DNA of 63,842 nt, filler included, from Collodictyon triciliatum (taxonomy: Eukaryota), in NCBI GenBank assembly GCA_043381765.1. It is 23 parts of 23 records of this genome, joined end to end, with 100 filler letters (N's around TTAATTAATTAA, not from the genome) between each part and the next. Parts side by side here need not be neighbours in the genome. Positions count along the whole stretch, not along the records: positions 36,917 to 39,646 come from JBHJMP010008385.1; positions 39,747 to 42,476 come from JBHJMP010008386.1; positions 42,577 to 45,304 come from JBHJMP010008387.1; positions 45,405 to 48,131 come from JBHJMP010008388.1; positions 48,232 to 50,958 come from JBHJMP010008389.1; positions 51,059 to 53,785 come from JBHJMP010008390.1; 17 more parts are not named here. One strand, given 5' to 3'. Below the pieces are notes generated by a model. That model ran no database searches, was not told the origin of the DNA, and worked only from the letters and a program-made list of their open reading frames with translations. Made by a program: the position numbers and the translations under genes. The stretch's first letter is position 1, and the number at the start of each line of letters is the position of its first letter. Shown here one piece after another: positions 39,511 to 52,099 of the stretch.

Positions 39511-39612
39511 TTTCCTTCGCCGGACTCGACTTCCGGACCAGTAAAGCCAAAAGAGGACGCTGCGCGGGTCAGGAACATAAAAGATCCACTCAAAAATAAA
39601 AAGCAAAAAAAA

Positions 39613-39646
<34 letters not shown>

Positions 39647-39952
39647 NNNNNNNNNNNNNNNNNNNNNNNNNNNNNNNNNNNNNNNNNNNNTTAATTAATT
39701 AANNNNNNNNNNNNNNNNNNNNNNNNNNNNNNNNNNNNNNNNNNNNGTCTGATAGTCCACCAAACTCACGTTTGCATGTTTTTCTGATTTCTCAATTTAT
39801 TGGAAAATTTTGTATTTGATAAGACGAAATATCGAATCCTCCGTACATAATAACCCCGAGTGAAGATATCTTGTTTATTATAGTGCGCTAATTAAATCAG
39901 AGTGTTAATATTGCTCACTAAAACCGTATCATATTCACAATCTCCGATATTA

Positions 39953-40072
39953 GGGCGGAGATGGTTTGTCTACAATGATGACCAAGTCCATGATTTGCAT
40001 GAAAATGTATTTCCAGTCATAAACAAAGAAGGATATGATGTTCCTTATGTTCTCTTCTATGAAAGAGTATCA
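39953..40072 (+). CDS. Ubiquitin-specific protease, exon at the end of the catalytic domain
   Basis: RWFVYNDDQV...PYVLFYER matches the USP His-box tail; bounded by AG and GT. Confidence 0.75.
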
Positions 40073-41402
40073 GGTAAATACGCCAGTTCAGTGAAAATAT
40101 TCTTTAAGAAGGAATGCCTATGTTGCGCTTATATACTTTTCAATTGAAGAATTTCAAAAAAAAGAAAAAGAAAAAGAAGCTGTTAATCTAGAACAGTTTT
40201 TAACTCTACCAAAGAAAAAAATGCGTAAATTTAGAGTTTTTTTATTCAGAGCAAGCAAGTGGAATAGTTCAGTTATCTGCTGAACTACAGTCGATGATTG
40301 AACGCGACAATTCTCAATTTTTACTAGATCGCTCACAGTCAAAGGTGAATGTTATTCAACTTATGTAAATGTAGTGTAATGTTAAAATAAGGGTTCCAAA
40401 GAATATCTTATGAAAGGGATTAATGTTACTGTTTGGAATTGTAGGATGAAGCTATAAAAAATGAACAGAACATGGAAAACGAACATATGATAGACGAAAT
40501 CAAAGGAAAAGAAGATATTACAATCAAAGATAGGTCATTGGACAAAAAAGCATCCATTGGAGACAGTCGCGCCCAACAACCTAACGAAACATTCACACAC
40601 AGACACAATTTTTGATTGAAGCAAACCATCCACTCCTATCAAATGTCACTCGAACAAAAAAAATTAAATAAATAAAGAGATTGAGAAAATTGTTTATTGC
40701 AGCAATGTTTGAGGGTATGAAATAACAAAAATAAAAAATGAGAGGGCAACGTGATGGAAAATTATAGTGCAATATATCATCACAGGGGGTTGTTTCTGAT
40801 TTGTGTCTTTCGAGTTAACATATATTGAACTTCATCAGAATGTATCTTGCATTCTAGTGGGGAGTGAATCTTTCTTCTTTCTTTTTTTCAGTATAGAATA
40901 CACATCCGACTTTGGCCTGGGGCAGATTTCACAAGCTCAGACCCTACTATCATGAAGGTTCGTAAACTGCAAAGCATTTTTCCGCCTTAATAAGCACTAT
41001 CGTAAATGCATAGAATGAAAGACATTCATGTTGAAGAGTTATGTGGATACAATCCATACCGATGTCTTTTTCCTGGCTCTGTCTCAAAACGAGATGCAGA
41101 GTGTAGGACTGTCCATTGTGAATGCCATATTCTAAATAAATACGTGATATTGGTGGAACAGTCCAGAGTATATGAGATTTTTTTTTTTAGTTTAAATGTG
41201 ATTTTTTAAACAAAGCTAATCAGGAAGAGTTTGAGGATGACCCCAATAGATAAATAAATAAGTAAATAATAAACCTGATATTTTGGATTGGCTGTCTAGA
41301 ACTTTACCGGAGAAAATGACTTTCATATCTTCTGTCGATTTTACTGGGGTCTCGTCTTAATGTTTTGAACATTAGAGGGATCAATAAACAGATTCTTGTT
41401 TT

Positions 41403-41430
41403 TTTCTTTTTTCCTTTATTCGATTCAAAG
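41403..41430 (-). mobile_element. Ultra-short insertion of the LINE-A 3' terminus
   Basis: CTTTGAATCGAATAAAGGAAAAAAGAAA on the minus strand, flanked by CTTGTTTT (41395-41402 and 41431-41438). Confidence 0.75.
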
Positions 41431-43129
41431 CTTGTTTTATTATTATTATTATTATTTTCTTTTTAGAGATTATTACGGATAAATTGTTTTGATATGAATA
41501 TTATTTTTTCAAAAGATAAGCTTGAATCAAGTTTTCATATATCGAAAAGAATTACCGGCTGGCCAGGCCTCAATCAGGCTCTTTTTAACCCTTTCGACGT
41601 CGTAGATCTCAGGAACGCATACGCAAATATCCTTCCCAGTAATCAGCAGAAATCTCAACTTTGCTGAGGCTATTATTAATGACCGCATTATTTTCTTAAA
41701 AGAACATGCACATTAAAAAAAAAAAAAAACTCAAAAACGCAAACATAAGCAAGAAAACACAAGTGTTAATCAAAAACCTTCGGCCATCGACGATGGAGCC
41801 TGCCAAGAAAAGTTCGGTTGTTGGAGTTTATTCGTCGCTGTGAAAGTTGTTTTCCACAGCGAATTCGGGGTTGAAGAGGAAAAGAATATAAATAAATAAA
41901 AAAAAAAAGCAAAATAGTGATAAAAAAGGAGAAAAAATCATGCATAGCGTGAGTTTTTCATCGGCATTATTTCGCAAGTATTCCTACAGGATTAAGAAAG
42001 CACAAAAGAAATTGTCTGTGTATGAGAAAGCGAAGATAATCATACTTTTATAATTAACCCCACGCACAATCTTACACGATCAGAAACACCCAATAATCCA
42101 TCATGCCTTATATGGAATACAATCCGAATAAAGAAAACAGTTGTGTCCTAACAGGAACACTATATACCGTATAAACTATACCGCATAATATATCGTCGAT
42201 ATATTTGTTCAAAGCCATAATTTTTTTTCTGTTTGCATTTTTGTCCTCAATTTCGCGCCCTCGTCATTCTTTCCACGATCTGCAGCACCATCTTTCCTGT
42301 GCGCAGCCGAGACCTGAAAAAAATAAGAGATCGGATTGTGCCTTTTAAGTGGCAATATATCACATGAAGAAATAATGAAGAAGAAAAAAAACAAAAACAA
42401 AAAAACAAAAAAACAAAAAAACAAAAAAACAAAAAAACAAAAAAACAAAAAAACAAAAAAACAAAAAAACAAAAAANNNNNNNNNNNNNNNNNNNNNNNN
42501 NNNNNNNNNNNNNNNNNNNNTTAATTAATTAANNNNNNNNNNNNNNNNNNNNNNNNNNNNNNNNNNNNNNNNNNNNAAAAGAAAAAGAAAAGAAAAAGAA
42601 AATAAAATAAAAGAAAAGAAAAAGAAAAAGAAAAAGAAAAGAAAAGAAAATAAAATAAAAGAAAAGAAAAGAAAAAGAAAAAGAAAAGAAAAGAAAATAA
42701 AATAAAAGAAAAGAAAAGAAAAGAAAAGAAAAGAAAAGAAAAGAAAAAGAAAAGAAAAGAAAAAGAAAAAGAAAAGAAAAGAAAATAAAATAAAAGAAAA
42801 GAAAAGAAAAAGAAAAAGAAAAGAAAAAGAAAATAAAATAAAAGAAAAGAAAAAGAAAAGAAAAAGAAAAGAAAATAAAATAAAATAAAATAAAAGAAAA
42901 GAAAAATGAATGTTTTTTGGGCAGACATCAATGAGCTTTCATTAATTTTTATGGGTTTATTCTGTTTTGATGAAGCGTCCATCTGGGAAAAAGCGGAGGT
43001 CTGCTTGAAAAAAACCCAGGGAATCTCTGCATCTAAAATAAATATAGTTAAGTAATCTACATTAATATGCATTTTTTATTATTACTTACCATGTTAAGCT
43101 ATGGCTTTATTTCTCCACTGAGCTGCTTT

Positions 43130-45304
43130 CTAGGTCTCCTTCTCAACACCCCATCCATTCTCATAGCATTCAGCAACAATAGAAACAGCCTGTGGATATT
43201 TGTGTTCACCATAATCCTCGTCTACGATTTCAGCCATTTCTTTCAAAACGCTGAATGCCTCCTTTGAACCTTGCTGTGCGAGTTCCTTCAGTTTGTCAAA
43301 GTTTTCAGCTGCTTTTATTGCCAATAGATTCCACTCAGCAGCTTTCTCGATGTCCTTCTCAACACTCCATCCATTCTCATAACATTCAGCAATAATAGAA
43401 ACAGCTTGTGGATATATGTATTCGTTTTCATATATCATTTCAGCCATTTCTTTCAAAACACTGAATGCCTCTTTTGAACCTTCTTGTGCGAGTTCCTTCA
43501 GTTTGTCAAAGTTTTCAGCTGCTTTTATTGCCAATAGATTCCATTCAGCAGCTTTCTCGATGTCCTTCTCAATAGCCCATCCATTCTCATAACATTCAGC
43601 AATAATAGACACAGCCTGTGGATATTTGTATTTTCCATATTCTATCATTTCACCCATTTCTTTCAAAACATTGAATGCCTCCTTTGAGCCTTCTTGTGCG
43701 AGTTGCTTCAGTTTTTCAAAGTTTTCAGCATTTCGAAGCCACTCGATAGCTTTCTCGATGTCCTTCTCAACACTCCATCCATTAATATAGCATTCAGCCA
43801 TCATTTCAGCCTGGAACGTGGTGAACTTTCCCTGCTCACAATAGGCAACAAACTCCGCATCAAAGGAAGCAGCACCTTCTTGCAGGAATAATTTCTTGTT
43901 CATCGCATCCAGTTCAGCTTTGTTAATGCGAGTTTTCGCTGCTTCCAGTGTTCTTGGGCCGATAATTCGAACAGTTCTCACGTTCATTATTCTGCTCGTA
44001 TCAATCACGTTCATCGCATCACTTGTACTATTGAATACTGCGATGACTTCATCGGGTTTATCTTTTATGACCAATTGGCTCTTCTCATTGTAGGTCGCTT
44101 CTGATTTTTTCAGGCTGTGTATTTGGTTTCCTGTAGCTACATCCCAAATGCGTATTGTTTTATCAACACTTCCAGAAGCCAACCAATTTTCACCATTCAG
44201 TCCTTGAAAACTGCAAACACTTATGACACCACTTGTATGACCTCCTAATATTTTGATTTGGTTTCCTGTGGCTACATCCCAAATGCGTATTGTTTTATCC
44301 TCACTTCCAGAAGCCAGCCAATTTTCACCATTCGTTCGTTTAATACTGCAAACACTAGTGACAACATCAGTATGACCTTCTAATGTTTTGATCTGGCTTC
44401 CAGTGGCTACATCCCAAATACGAATGGTGTTATCACCACTTCCAGAAGCCAGCCAATTTTCACCATTCGGTCCTTGAATGCTGCAAACACCATAGACCCA
44501 ACTTGTATGACCTTCTAATGTTTTGATATGGTTTCCTGTGGATACATCCCAAATACGTATTGTATTATCTACGCTTCCAGAAGCCAACCAATTTTCACCA
44601 TTCGGTCCTTGAATGCTGCAAACACTAGTGACTGGCTCTGTATGTCCTTCTAATGTTTTGATATGGTTTCCTGTGGCTACATCCCAAATACGTATTGTCT
44701 TATCCCAACTTCCAGAAGCCAGCCATTTTTCACCATTCGGTCCTTGAATACTGCAAACACCATAGACAGTATCTGTATGTCCTTCTAATGTTTTGATATG
44801 GTTTCCTGTGGATACATCCCAAATATGTATTGTAGTATATTCGCAGAATCCAGAAGCCAACCAACTTTCACCATTCGGCCCTTGAATACTGCAAACACAA
44901 TTTACCTTTCCTATATGTCCTTCTAATGTTTTGATATGGTTTCCTGTGGATACATCCCAAATACGTATTGTTTTATCATAACTTCCAGAAGCCAGCCAAT
45001 TTTCGCCATTAAGTCCTTGAATACTGCAAACACCATAGACCCAACTTGTATGACCTTCTAATGTTTTGATTTGGCTTCCTGTGAATACATCCCAAATACG
45101 TATCGTTTTATCATAACTTCCAGAAGCTAACCAATTTTCACCATTAACTCCTTGAATACTGCAAACACTATAGACCCAATTTGTGTGCCCTTCTAATGTT
45201 TTGATTTGGCTTCCTGTGGATACATCCCAAATACGTATTTTATTATCACCACTTCCAGAAGCCAACCACTTTTCACCATTCGGTCCTTTAATATTGCAAA
45301 CACT
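43130..45304 (-). CDS. WD40-repeat (at least 9 x 45 aa) plus Sel1-like repeat protein, intronless, 5' truncated
   Basis: Tandem LASGSxDxTIRIWDVxTGxxIKTLEGHTxxVxxVCSIQGxNGENW; C-terminal AECYENGWxxEKDIEKAAEW repeats; frame open to the contig edge. Confidence 0.92.
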   Translation of the reverse strand, partial: SVCNIKGPNGEKWLASGSGDNKIRIWDVSTGSQIKTLEGHTNWVYSVCSIQGVNGENWLASGSYDKTIRIWDVFTGSQIKTLEGHTSWVYGVCSIQGLNGENWLASGSYDKTIRIWDVSTGNHIKTLEGHIGKVNCVCSIQGPNGESWLASGFCEYTTIHIWDVSTGNHIKTLEGHTDTVYGVCSIQGPNGEKWLASGSWDKTIRIWDVATGNHIKTLEGHTEPVTSVCSIQGPNGENWLASGSVDNTIRIWDVSTGNHIKTLEGHTSWVYGVCSIQGPNGENWLASGSGDNTIRIWDVATGSQIKTLEGHTDVVTSVCSIKRTNGENWLASGSEDKTIRIWDVATGNQIKILGGHTSGVISVCSFQGLNGENWLASGSVDKTIRIWDVATGNQIHSLKKSEATYNEKSQLVIKDKPDEVIAVFNSTSDAMNVIDTSRIMNVRTVRIIGPRTLEAAKTRINKAELDAMNKKLFLQEGAASFDAEFVAYCEQGKFTTFQAEMMAECYINGWSVEKDIEKAIEWLRNAENFEKLKQLAQEGSKEAFNVLKEMGEMIEYGKYKYPQAVSIIAECYENGWAIEKDIEKAAEWNLLAIKAAENFDKLKELAQEGSKEAFSVLKEMAEMIYENEYIYPQAVSIIAECYENGWSVEKDIEKAAEWNLLAIKAAENFDKLKELAQQGSKEAFSVLKEMAEIVDEDYGEHKYPQAVSIVAECYENGWGVEKET

Positions 45305-45695
45305 NNNNNNNNNNNNNNNNNNNNNNNNNNNNNNNNNNNNNNNNNNNNTTAATTAATTAANNNNNNNNNNNNNNNNNNNNNNNNNNNNNNNNNNNNNNNN
45401 NNNNAAAAAACCAAAAAACCAAAAAACCAAAAAACCAAAAAACCAAAAAACCAAAAAACCAAAAAACCAAAAAACCAAAAAACCAAAAAACCAAAAAACC
45501 AAAAAACTCTTCTCATGAACTTGAATGCGAGGAGTTCCCCAGTTCTTTCAAAACGCTGGTTGGCAGCCCAACAAAATGCTTGGCCGTGCTCTTTTCTCTG
45601 TCCACCTCTTCCATTTTTTTTTAAATATTCACTATCAAAGTAGCGTCGCCAGTTCTACACGCCGGATCTTACGAATATCTACAAAGAAGAAGGAA

Positions 45696-48050
45696 TGGTA
45701 CTTACTTTCCTTAAAGCACACAACTTACCGCACAGTCGTTTGTAACTCTCGCAACACACAGAAAGTTGAGTGCCGTTTTTAGATCTTTGACACCGCAGCT
45801 TTCTAACTCTACAGATCATTCGCCTGAGAGGAAAACTTGGGACACTGCGAATCGATGCCACCGATCTCACGACAATCCGAGACATGAAACAGGAGGTCTC
45901 TTTTTCTTAGTTTAAAAATCCATTCCTGCTCATTTTGAAGAGTTCACTCCTGGTCCTCTGGTTCTCAGTTATATATCACTCTGGCTCATCGCTGCAATAT
46001 TTTCGTATCCAAAGATTATCATCTATTTCCTATTTTTCTGTCGAAAAAGTGCATATTTCTATCACTTGACCCATTGAGGATGTCACATCTATCTGTGCCA
46101 TTAATATAAACCAAGATGCGTATCCATTCAGTACTTATCACTGCCTTATCCAACGTTCAGAGAAAAAAGAAGCTAACATTATTCGAAAAATTCGTAAACT
46201 CTACACTGTTTCTTCAGGCCGCCAAAGCATACAGAATCGACGAGGATGATATCATCATTAGCCGAGATGAAAAAGGCACTCTCACAATGATAAATTCAGT
46301 GACTGTTCGACAAGGACAGCTGAAGTACGTGCATGATAACATTTACATATTTTATGTTACCTCTGATCATGCCTTCATTAGGCATACTCATTCTACTTTC
46401 TTGCTCAACCTTCATGCAATTATATGAGTATGAAATAGTTATTTCGCTCTGCAATGCTTTTTTTTTTAATAGAAATCTTATTTTACATACTTTACACTTT
46501 GCGAACACACTTTTCTGAATTCTTCACCTCGTAACAAAGACACGGAGAGATGTTGTTCCTCCAATTTCTTCGTGAGCCATCCGAGGCACAACCCGAGCAG
46601 AAACAAGCCGTACCAGCTGGGAAACAAGAAGCCTCATCCGCGGGTGCATCATCGTCTTCTGCTTCATCAGCAAAAAGCGCGTCCGTATTTGCCTTCCTTT
46701 CACTAATATCCTTCCTTTCGTTCATCTTCTTCACACCGTCGAATAAGTAAAACATGGACTTCATTTGCAACTGCATGTATTTTTCTCGACATTCTGATGG
46801 TTCCACATCCAAGTTCATCAGATTTCATCGTAATTCTTTAGAGATCGCTTAAGGGATATCAAGAAGCATTGGACATATGCTGAATACGAAGCATTCATGG
46901 CCACTAAGCAAGTGACCATAAAATCTCAGGTATATATCGATTTAATATCGTATGTCTTGCATTTGAGTTAAAAAACGGTATCCAATGTTGTTTTCTTACG
47001 CTGCTGCATGGATTTCCATTCTTACCAATAAATATTTTCCCCGGATTTTTTTGATTTTTCTGAGTTGGTGGCAAATAAAATACCTATGCACACACCATAT
47101 AGGCGAAGTCACACACAAAGAAAGTGTTCATGGAGATGAATACTGCTAATCGCTTTCAACAGTATTGCCGGTAAGTCTGCATCTCTCATATGGTTTTCCA
47201 CAGCGTATTCTTGTGTATGCAAGTTCCAAAGCTCCCCATAGCCACTTTTATTTTTCCAAACAACAGGATTTTATTCAATGGAAACATTTTGAATCGAATA
47301 AAGGAAAAAAATTTTCAATGTAAACTAATTGCATAATCTCACCAATTAAATAATAGTGCCTTGGGTTTCCAACAACATCGAGTAGGTCATTGTTACGGGT
47401 ATATTTCGGACCAAGACGAAGTTGTTGTCCATGTAAAAAGAATTTTCATATAAAATCAAGTGGTCTTTGAATACGAAGGGCATATAGTGTTATTCTCATT
47501 TTATGTGTTCAATACGGCGCCATATATAATCATCATATCATACCAAATCAAGGAAATATACGAGCCTCCCCAAGAATGCACAATCTCCCAAATTAATCTC
47601 GGAGAGGACACATTTCTCACAACAGTGGATGAAACCATGAAAAACTTTGGGCTTTATCGGGTTTGTTTCTACGTTAGAAGTGAACTGATTTGTAATCTCA
47701 TTTTCCAACAAGATACTTTCCTTCTTTTGTTTCGTGATTTTTCCCATATTGATGACATAATACCCCGAAAGGTGGGTGTGATTATTGCGCATCCCAGCCG
47801 AAAGTTTATTCTCTCAGGCCATGAAATCCCGCTAATTTGCCAGCTGCAGCAAGGTCTCGATGAGAAATTCGCCGTCTTTACTGCTTCACGTGGGTGTATT
47901 TTTTTCTCGTCAAACCGACATTCTCCTGATATGTATCATCACGACCGCTTCCCTTCTATTACCATCTATTCCATATACCACAAAAATTACAATTTTTTTA
48001 AAATTATTTCAGCACTGGAAGATATGACTGTCCAGATTCAGGCCTTTGAG
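45696..48050 (+). CDS. NPL4: NPL4-like protein, multi-exon, 3' partial
   Basis: Ubiquitin-like N-terminus IIRLRGKLGTLRI..HGEMLFL; ANRFQQY, FQQHRVGHCYG, EIYEPPQ, VD..FGLYRVG, LSGHE, QIQAFE. Confidence 0.8.
47286..47313 (+). mobile_element. Ultra-short insertion of the LINE-A 3' terminus, in an NPL4 intron
   Basis: TTTTGAATCGAATAAAGG(A)7 flanked by TTCAATGGAAAC (47274-47285) and TTCAATGTAAAC (47314-47325). Confidence 0.8.
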
Positions 48051-48231
48051 GTATAGTGCAATGAAAACAAAAAACAAAAAACAAAAAACAAAAAAAACAA
48101 AAAAACAAAAAAACAAAAAAACAAAAAAACANNNNNNNNNNNNNNNNNNNNNNNNNNNNNNNNNNNNNNNNNNNNTTAATTAATTAANNNNNNNNNNNNN
48201 NNNNNNNNNNNNNNNNNNNNNNNNNNNNNNN

Positions 48232-50625
48232 GGAACACACCTCCATATAACCAAAAACTTCAACCAGATAAAATTCAGAGCGACGTACGAGATTGCAAGA
48301 ATCTGAGGACGAAAGTAAATAGCAGAGGCAATAAACAGATTAGAAATGTATTGGGTAAAAAAAAATATATCTAAAATAACTAAGATGAATGATTACCCAT
48401 GAAAATGATATCCAAAGAAGAAATCATTATTGTCAGTAAAGAAATAAAGAAAGAGATGTTTTCTTTCTCTCTCAAAAACTTGCCTGCTCCATTGTTAGAT
48501 TGTGGTTTTGAGAGTTGTAGGCTATGAGAGCCCATGGATACATCAAATGGCTGGCCGTCTCAAGCAGGATGAGCGAGAAAAATAAGCGAGTGGTATACTT
48601 GAAGCAATCCGTTGCTGTTATTCGAGATGGTATGATCATCTTGAAGGAGCATGAAAATTAATCAGTTCCTATCTTTGTGAGGTGCAATATGCACTAGGTG
48701 CTCACTTGAGTTCGATAAATAAAGTGGATGACTACTCACAAAAGACAAGAAAGCATTGAATGATATAATTGGACCGGCTACGTAAAGTGGGAAATAGCCA
48801 ACATATGCGACATAATTTGTAAATGAAAAAATGTCCGCATTGCCTTTGAAAACTGTAATTATTTATGTCAGTAACATTCTCTCACTTCTCAATAAACTGA
48901 AGGTAGTGACAATAGGCCGAAATCATATATTCAACATCAATTGGAAATCAAAAGAGGATATAAGAATGTCACATTTTGTCAAATAGTCGGTATTCAATCA
49001 AATACATGAGTATGAGAATAAGAAACTTACTCTGCCTCCTTTGATAGCAAATATTGCCAGTGGAACATGTTTCACAGAACTCTTTGTGTTTCTACTTAAA
49101 ATACGACTATGAAATAAAAGATGCTGATGCGAAGTAAATAATTTCATTGATAAAAAATTTCACAAACACGAAATGTATATCATTTAATAATTACTTTAAC
49201 GAGTATTTGATCTTTTCCTTCATTTTTTGACCAAAGCATATCGAATGAAAAACTTATAATCCTCAGTACAATTAAGTTGACTGAGATATCCCATCGATAA
49301 AGCTGAGGGAGGGGCCAACTCTTAACCATCCATTTAAAGGTTATTAAATTTAAATAATTACAGTATCAAAAACAACAAGTTGAAATTATTGCTTTGTATT
49401 TTGATTCGTATTAATAAGAAATACCAAAATACTATCTATATATCTCCACCATAAAGGAGATGCCATGGGCAACCACTTTGACAACATAAGCATGGACACA
49501 TTCCCTCCCCATATCAATAAAGAGCCATACTTCGAATAGCAACTGGCTAGCCTTCGCATATTTTTGAGCGAAATGGTATCAGATTAAAAAAATATGTTCA
49601 AATCAATCAAAAGAATATTCATGTAATGTATCAAGCAAAACAGTTTGCATACTTTGACAGAGTGAATCCCAATACCATTATTACTAATATGAGAAGACCG
49701 AATCCACCGTGTAAGATGAAGAATAATATCCCCGATATCAAAGCAGAGACATACAGCCGTGCTGTTGCCACTTTCTCAAAAATGTCTCTTAGAGAATTGC
49801 ATCCGGTATCGTTATAGTTGCAGTCATCAGAGTTTGTTGAGATTTTCTCTTTGGAGCTGATTGATTTGCTCTGAAATTGTCTGACATATTTTGATATCAT
49901 CAGAAAAATAAACAATCCACCCGCAAGGTAAAAGAAATTATCTCGAAAAGAGCGCCATTGAAGGTCTCGGTTATCCTGAATTGGTGAGGTGATTTCGAAT
50001 TATTCCGGAAATACGAATGGTAAGAGTAGATATTTTGTATTTCTTAGATTATCGTGAATTTCTCTTTTAACTTTGATGTCATAGCCGAAGTGATTTCAAA
50101 CCAATTTCAAACCAAAGAACCATCCGTCTTTCAAATGGACTCTGCTGAATCGATGGCTAGAGGTCATACCTAATTATTCCATGTCTTAGGTATTAGAGAC
50201 TGTGACAGTGAATAATGTAAGTTCATGAAAAATTACATAAAATGGTTATTAAGCTAGTTTTTCATACTCTGAACAATCTAAATAAAAAGAAACGACGTAG
50301 ATATAAACATTTGAGAATAAGGTTTGTGTGTAGAGTTTTATGCTATAACCAAAATAAAAATATTTTGTTTCTCCCGTCGGCATTAAATCGAAATATCTTG
50401 ACTATGCTAGGATATTCCTTGGTTGATATGGCTGCTTAAAATTGCAAATGATAGTCTAGGTGGAAATGATTACCCCATATAGAATAACAAACCTTGGCTT
50501 GTTTCATACGTTACTCTAATGACATAAGGGTATGCAACTCCAAGGACGAATATGCTGATAACGTCAGCAATCCACAACATCGCTTCAATCCAGCAGAGTT
50601 CTCGTGTGTACCCTTCGTTCTGTCT
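48232..50625 (-). CDS. GUP1/HHAT-like MBOAT acyltransferase, multi-exon, partial
   Basis: LKDGWFFGLK, DNRDLQWRSFRDN, hydrophobic exons, and NYVAYVGYFPLYVAGPIISFNAF. Confidence 0.8.
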
Positions 50626-51849
50626 ACAGAATTCACGATTTTATTGATGTATTTATATTAAACCCTTGTGCATTTATTTTGGCCTAAAAGATAATTCTCT
50701 TTATTTTAGTATAATTTTTTGTTTGTTGTTTGTTTGTTGTTTGTTTGTTGTCTGTTTGTTGTTTGTTTCTTTTGTTTTTGTTGTTTTTGTTGTTTTTTTG
50801 TTGTTTTTTTTGTTGTTTTTTTTGTTGTTTTTTTGTTGTTGTTTTTTGTTGTTTTTTTGTTGTTTTTTTGTTGTTTTTTTGTTGTTTTTTGTTGTTTTTT
50901 GTTGTTTTTTGTTGTTTTTTGTTGTTTTTTGTTGTTTTTTTTTGTTTTTTGTTTTTTTNNNNNNNNNNNNNNNNNNNNNNNNNNNNNNNNNNNNNNNNNN
51001 NNTTAATTAATTAANNNNNNNNNNNNNNNNNNNNNNNNNNNNNNNNNNNNNNNNNNNNATACATACATACATACATACATACATACATACATACATACAT
51101 ACATACATACATACATACATACATACATACATACATACATACATACATACATACATAAATACAGAAATACATACATACATAGATACAGAAAATAGGTAAT
51201 AGGAAATACCTTGTGTGAAAGTCCCAAACAGTTACCGAATTTTTAGTACGATACCAATTCCGTTAACCGGATGAGGATCTCTGTCCGCAAACCAAACGCA
51301 TCGGAATCCGCCCAACACAAACGCAATCAACGCAGGCAGCGATCGCAGGATCTGCGACTGAACACAAGAGCCACTCTTCAAACGCCATGTTCTTTGACGC
51401 AAAGCCTCCGTTCTCTGTGAATATCAAAGCGTCTCTGGAACAAAACCTTCCGGCCGCACAACACTTGCCACAATCCTCTTCCAACTCTCACCTTTCGCGA
51501 AAACCCTGCAAAGGTCAGGGATGCGGATATACATCGATCACTGCACAAACTGCGACCTGCATCGAAAAACAACCACGCACAGGCAAAATGTTTACCACAG
51601 CCACTTCAATCGCGTGGCCCGATCTCTGCTGAACTATGCTGCAGGCGCCATCGAAGTATATGGTTTGTGACAGAAGGATTTAAGCTGCATTCCAAATCGT
51701 CAAAAGGCGTAACTCGATATTCACACACGTATACGTGCAACTTTCTTATGACGCGTGGGTGATGCGAGCCTCCTTGAGAAGCATGTCTTGCATGAATCAA
51801 TGATCATACCCCACTGCATATTCCTAATATTCTCATGATGATGATGATG

Positions 51850-51903
<54 letters not shown>

Positions 51904-51933
51904 GTGATGATGATTATAGTATTTATCACGATA

Positions 51934-52099
51934 GGAAATCCTTTTGATTTGCCGATGATCGGCAGCTTCGAGGTGTACCTCTACTATCATGGAAGAAAAG
52001 TTATTCTGTTCTCAAAGACACAGAAAAGGAGATATCCCAAGCCTGACGAAGTCATCCTTGCGTTGCAGAGTTTTCTGAGCAAGCACTCGATTCCAAACG
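51934..52099 (+). CDS. Exon with an Rdx/SelW-like C-terminal motif, in an uncharacterised multi-exon gene
   Basis: PMIGSFEVYL..G..LFSK..RYPKPDEV resembles the Rdx family GSFEV..FSK..FP pattern; no CxxC/CxxU exon found. Confidence 0.35.
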
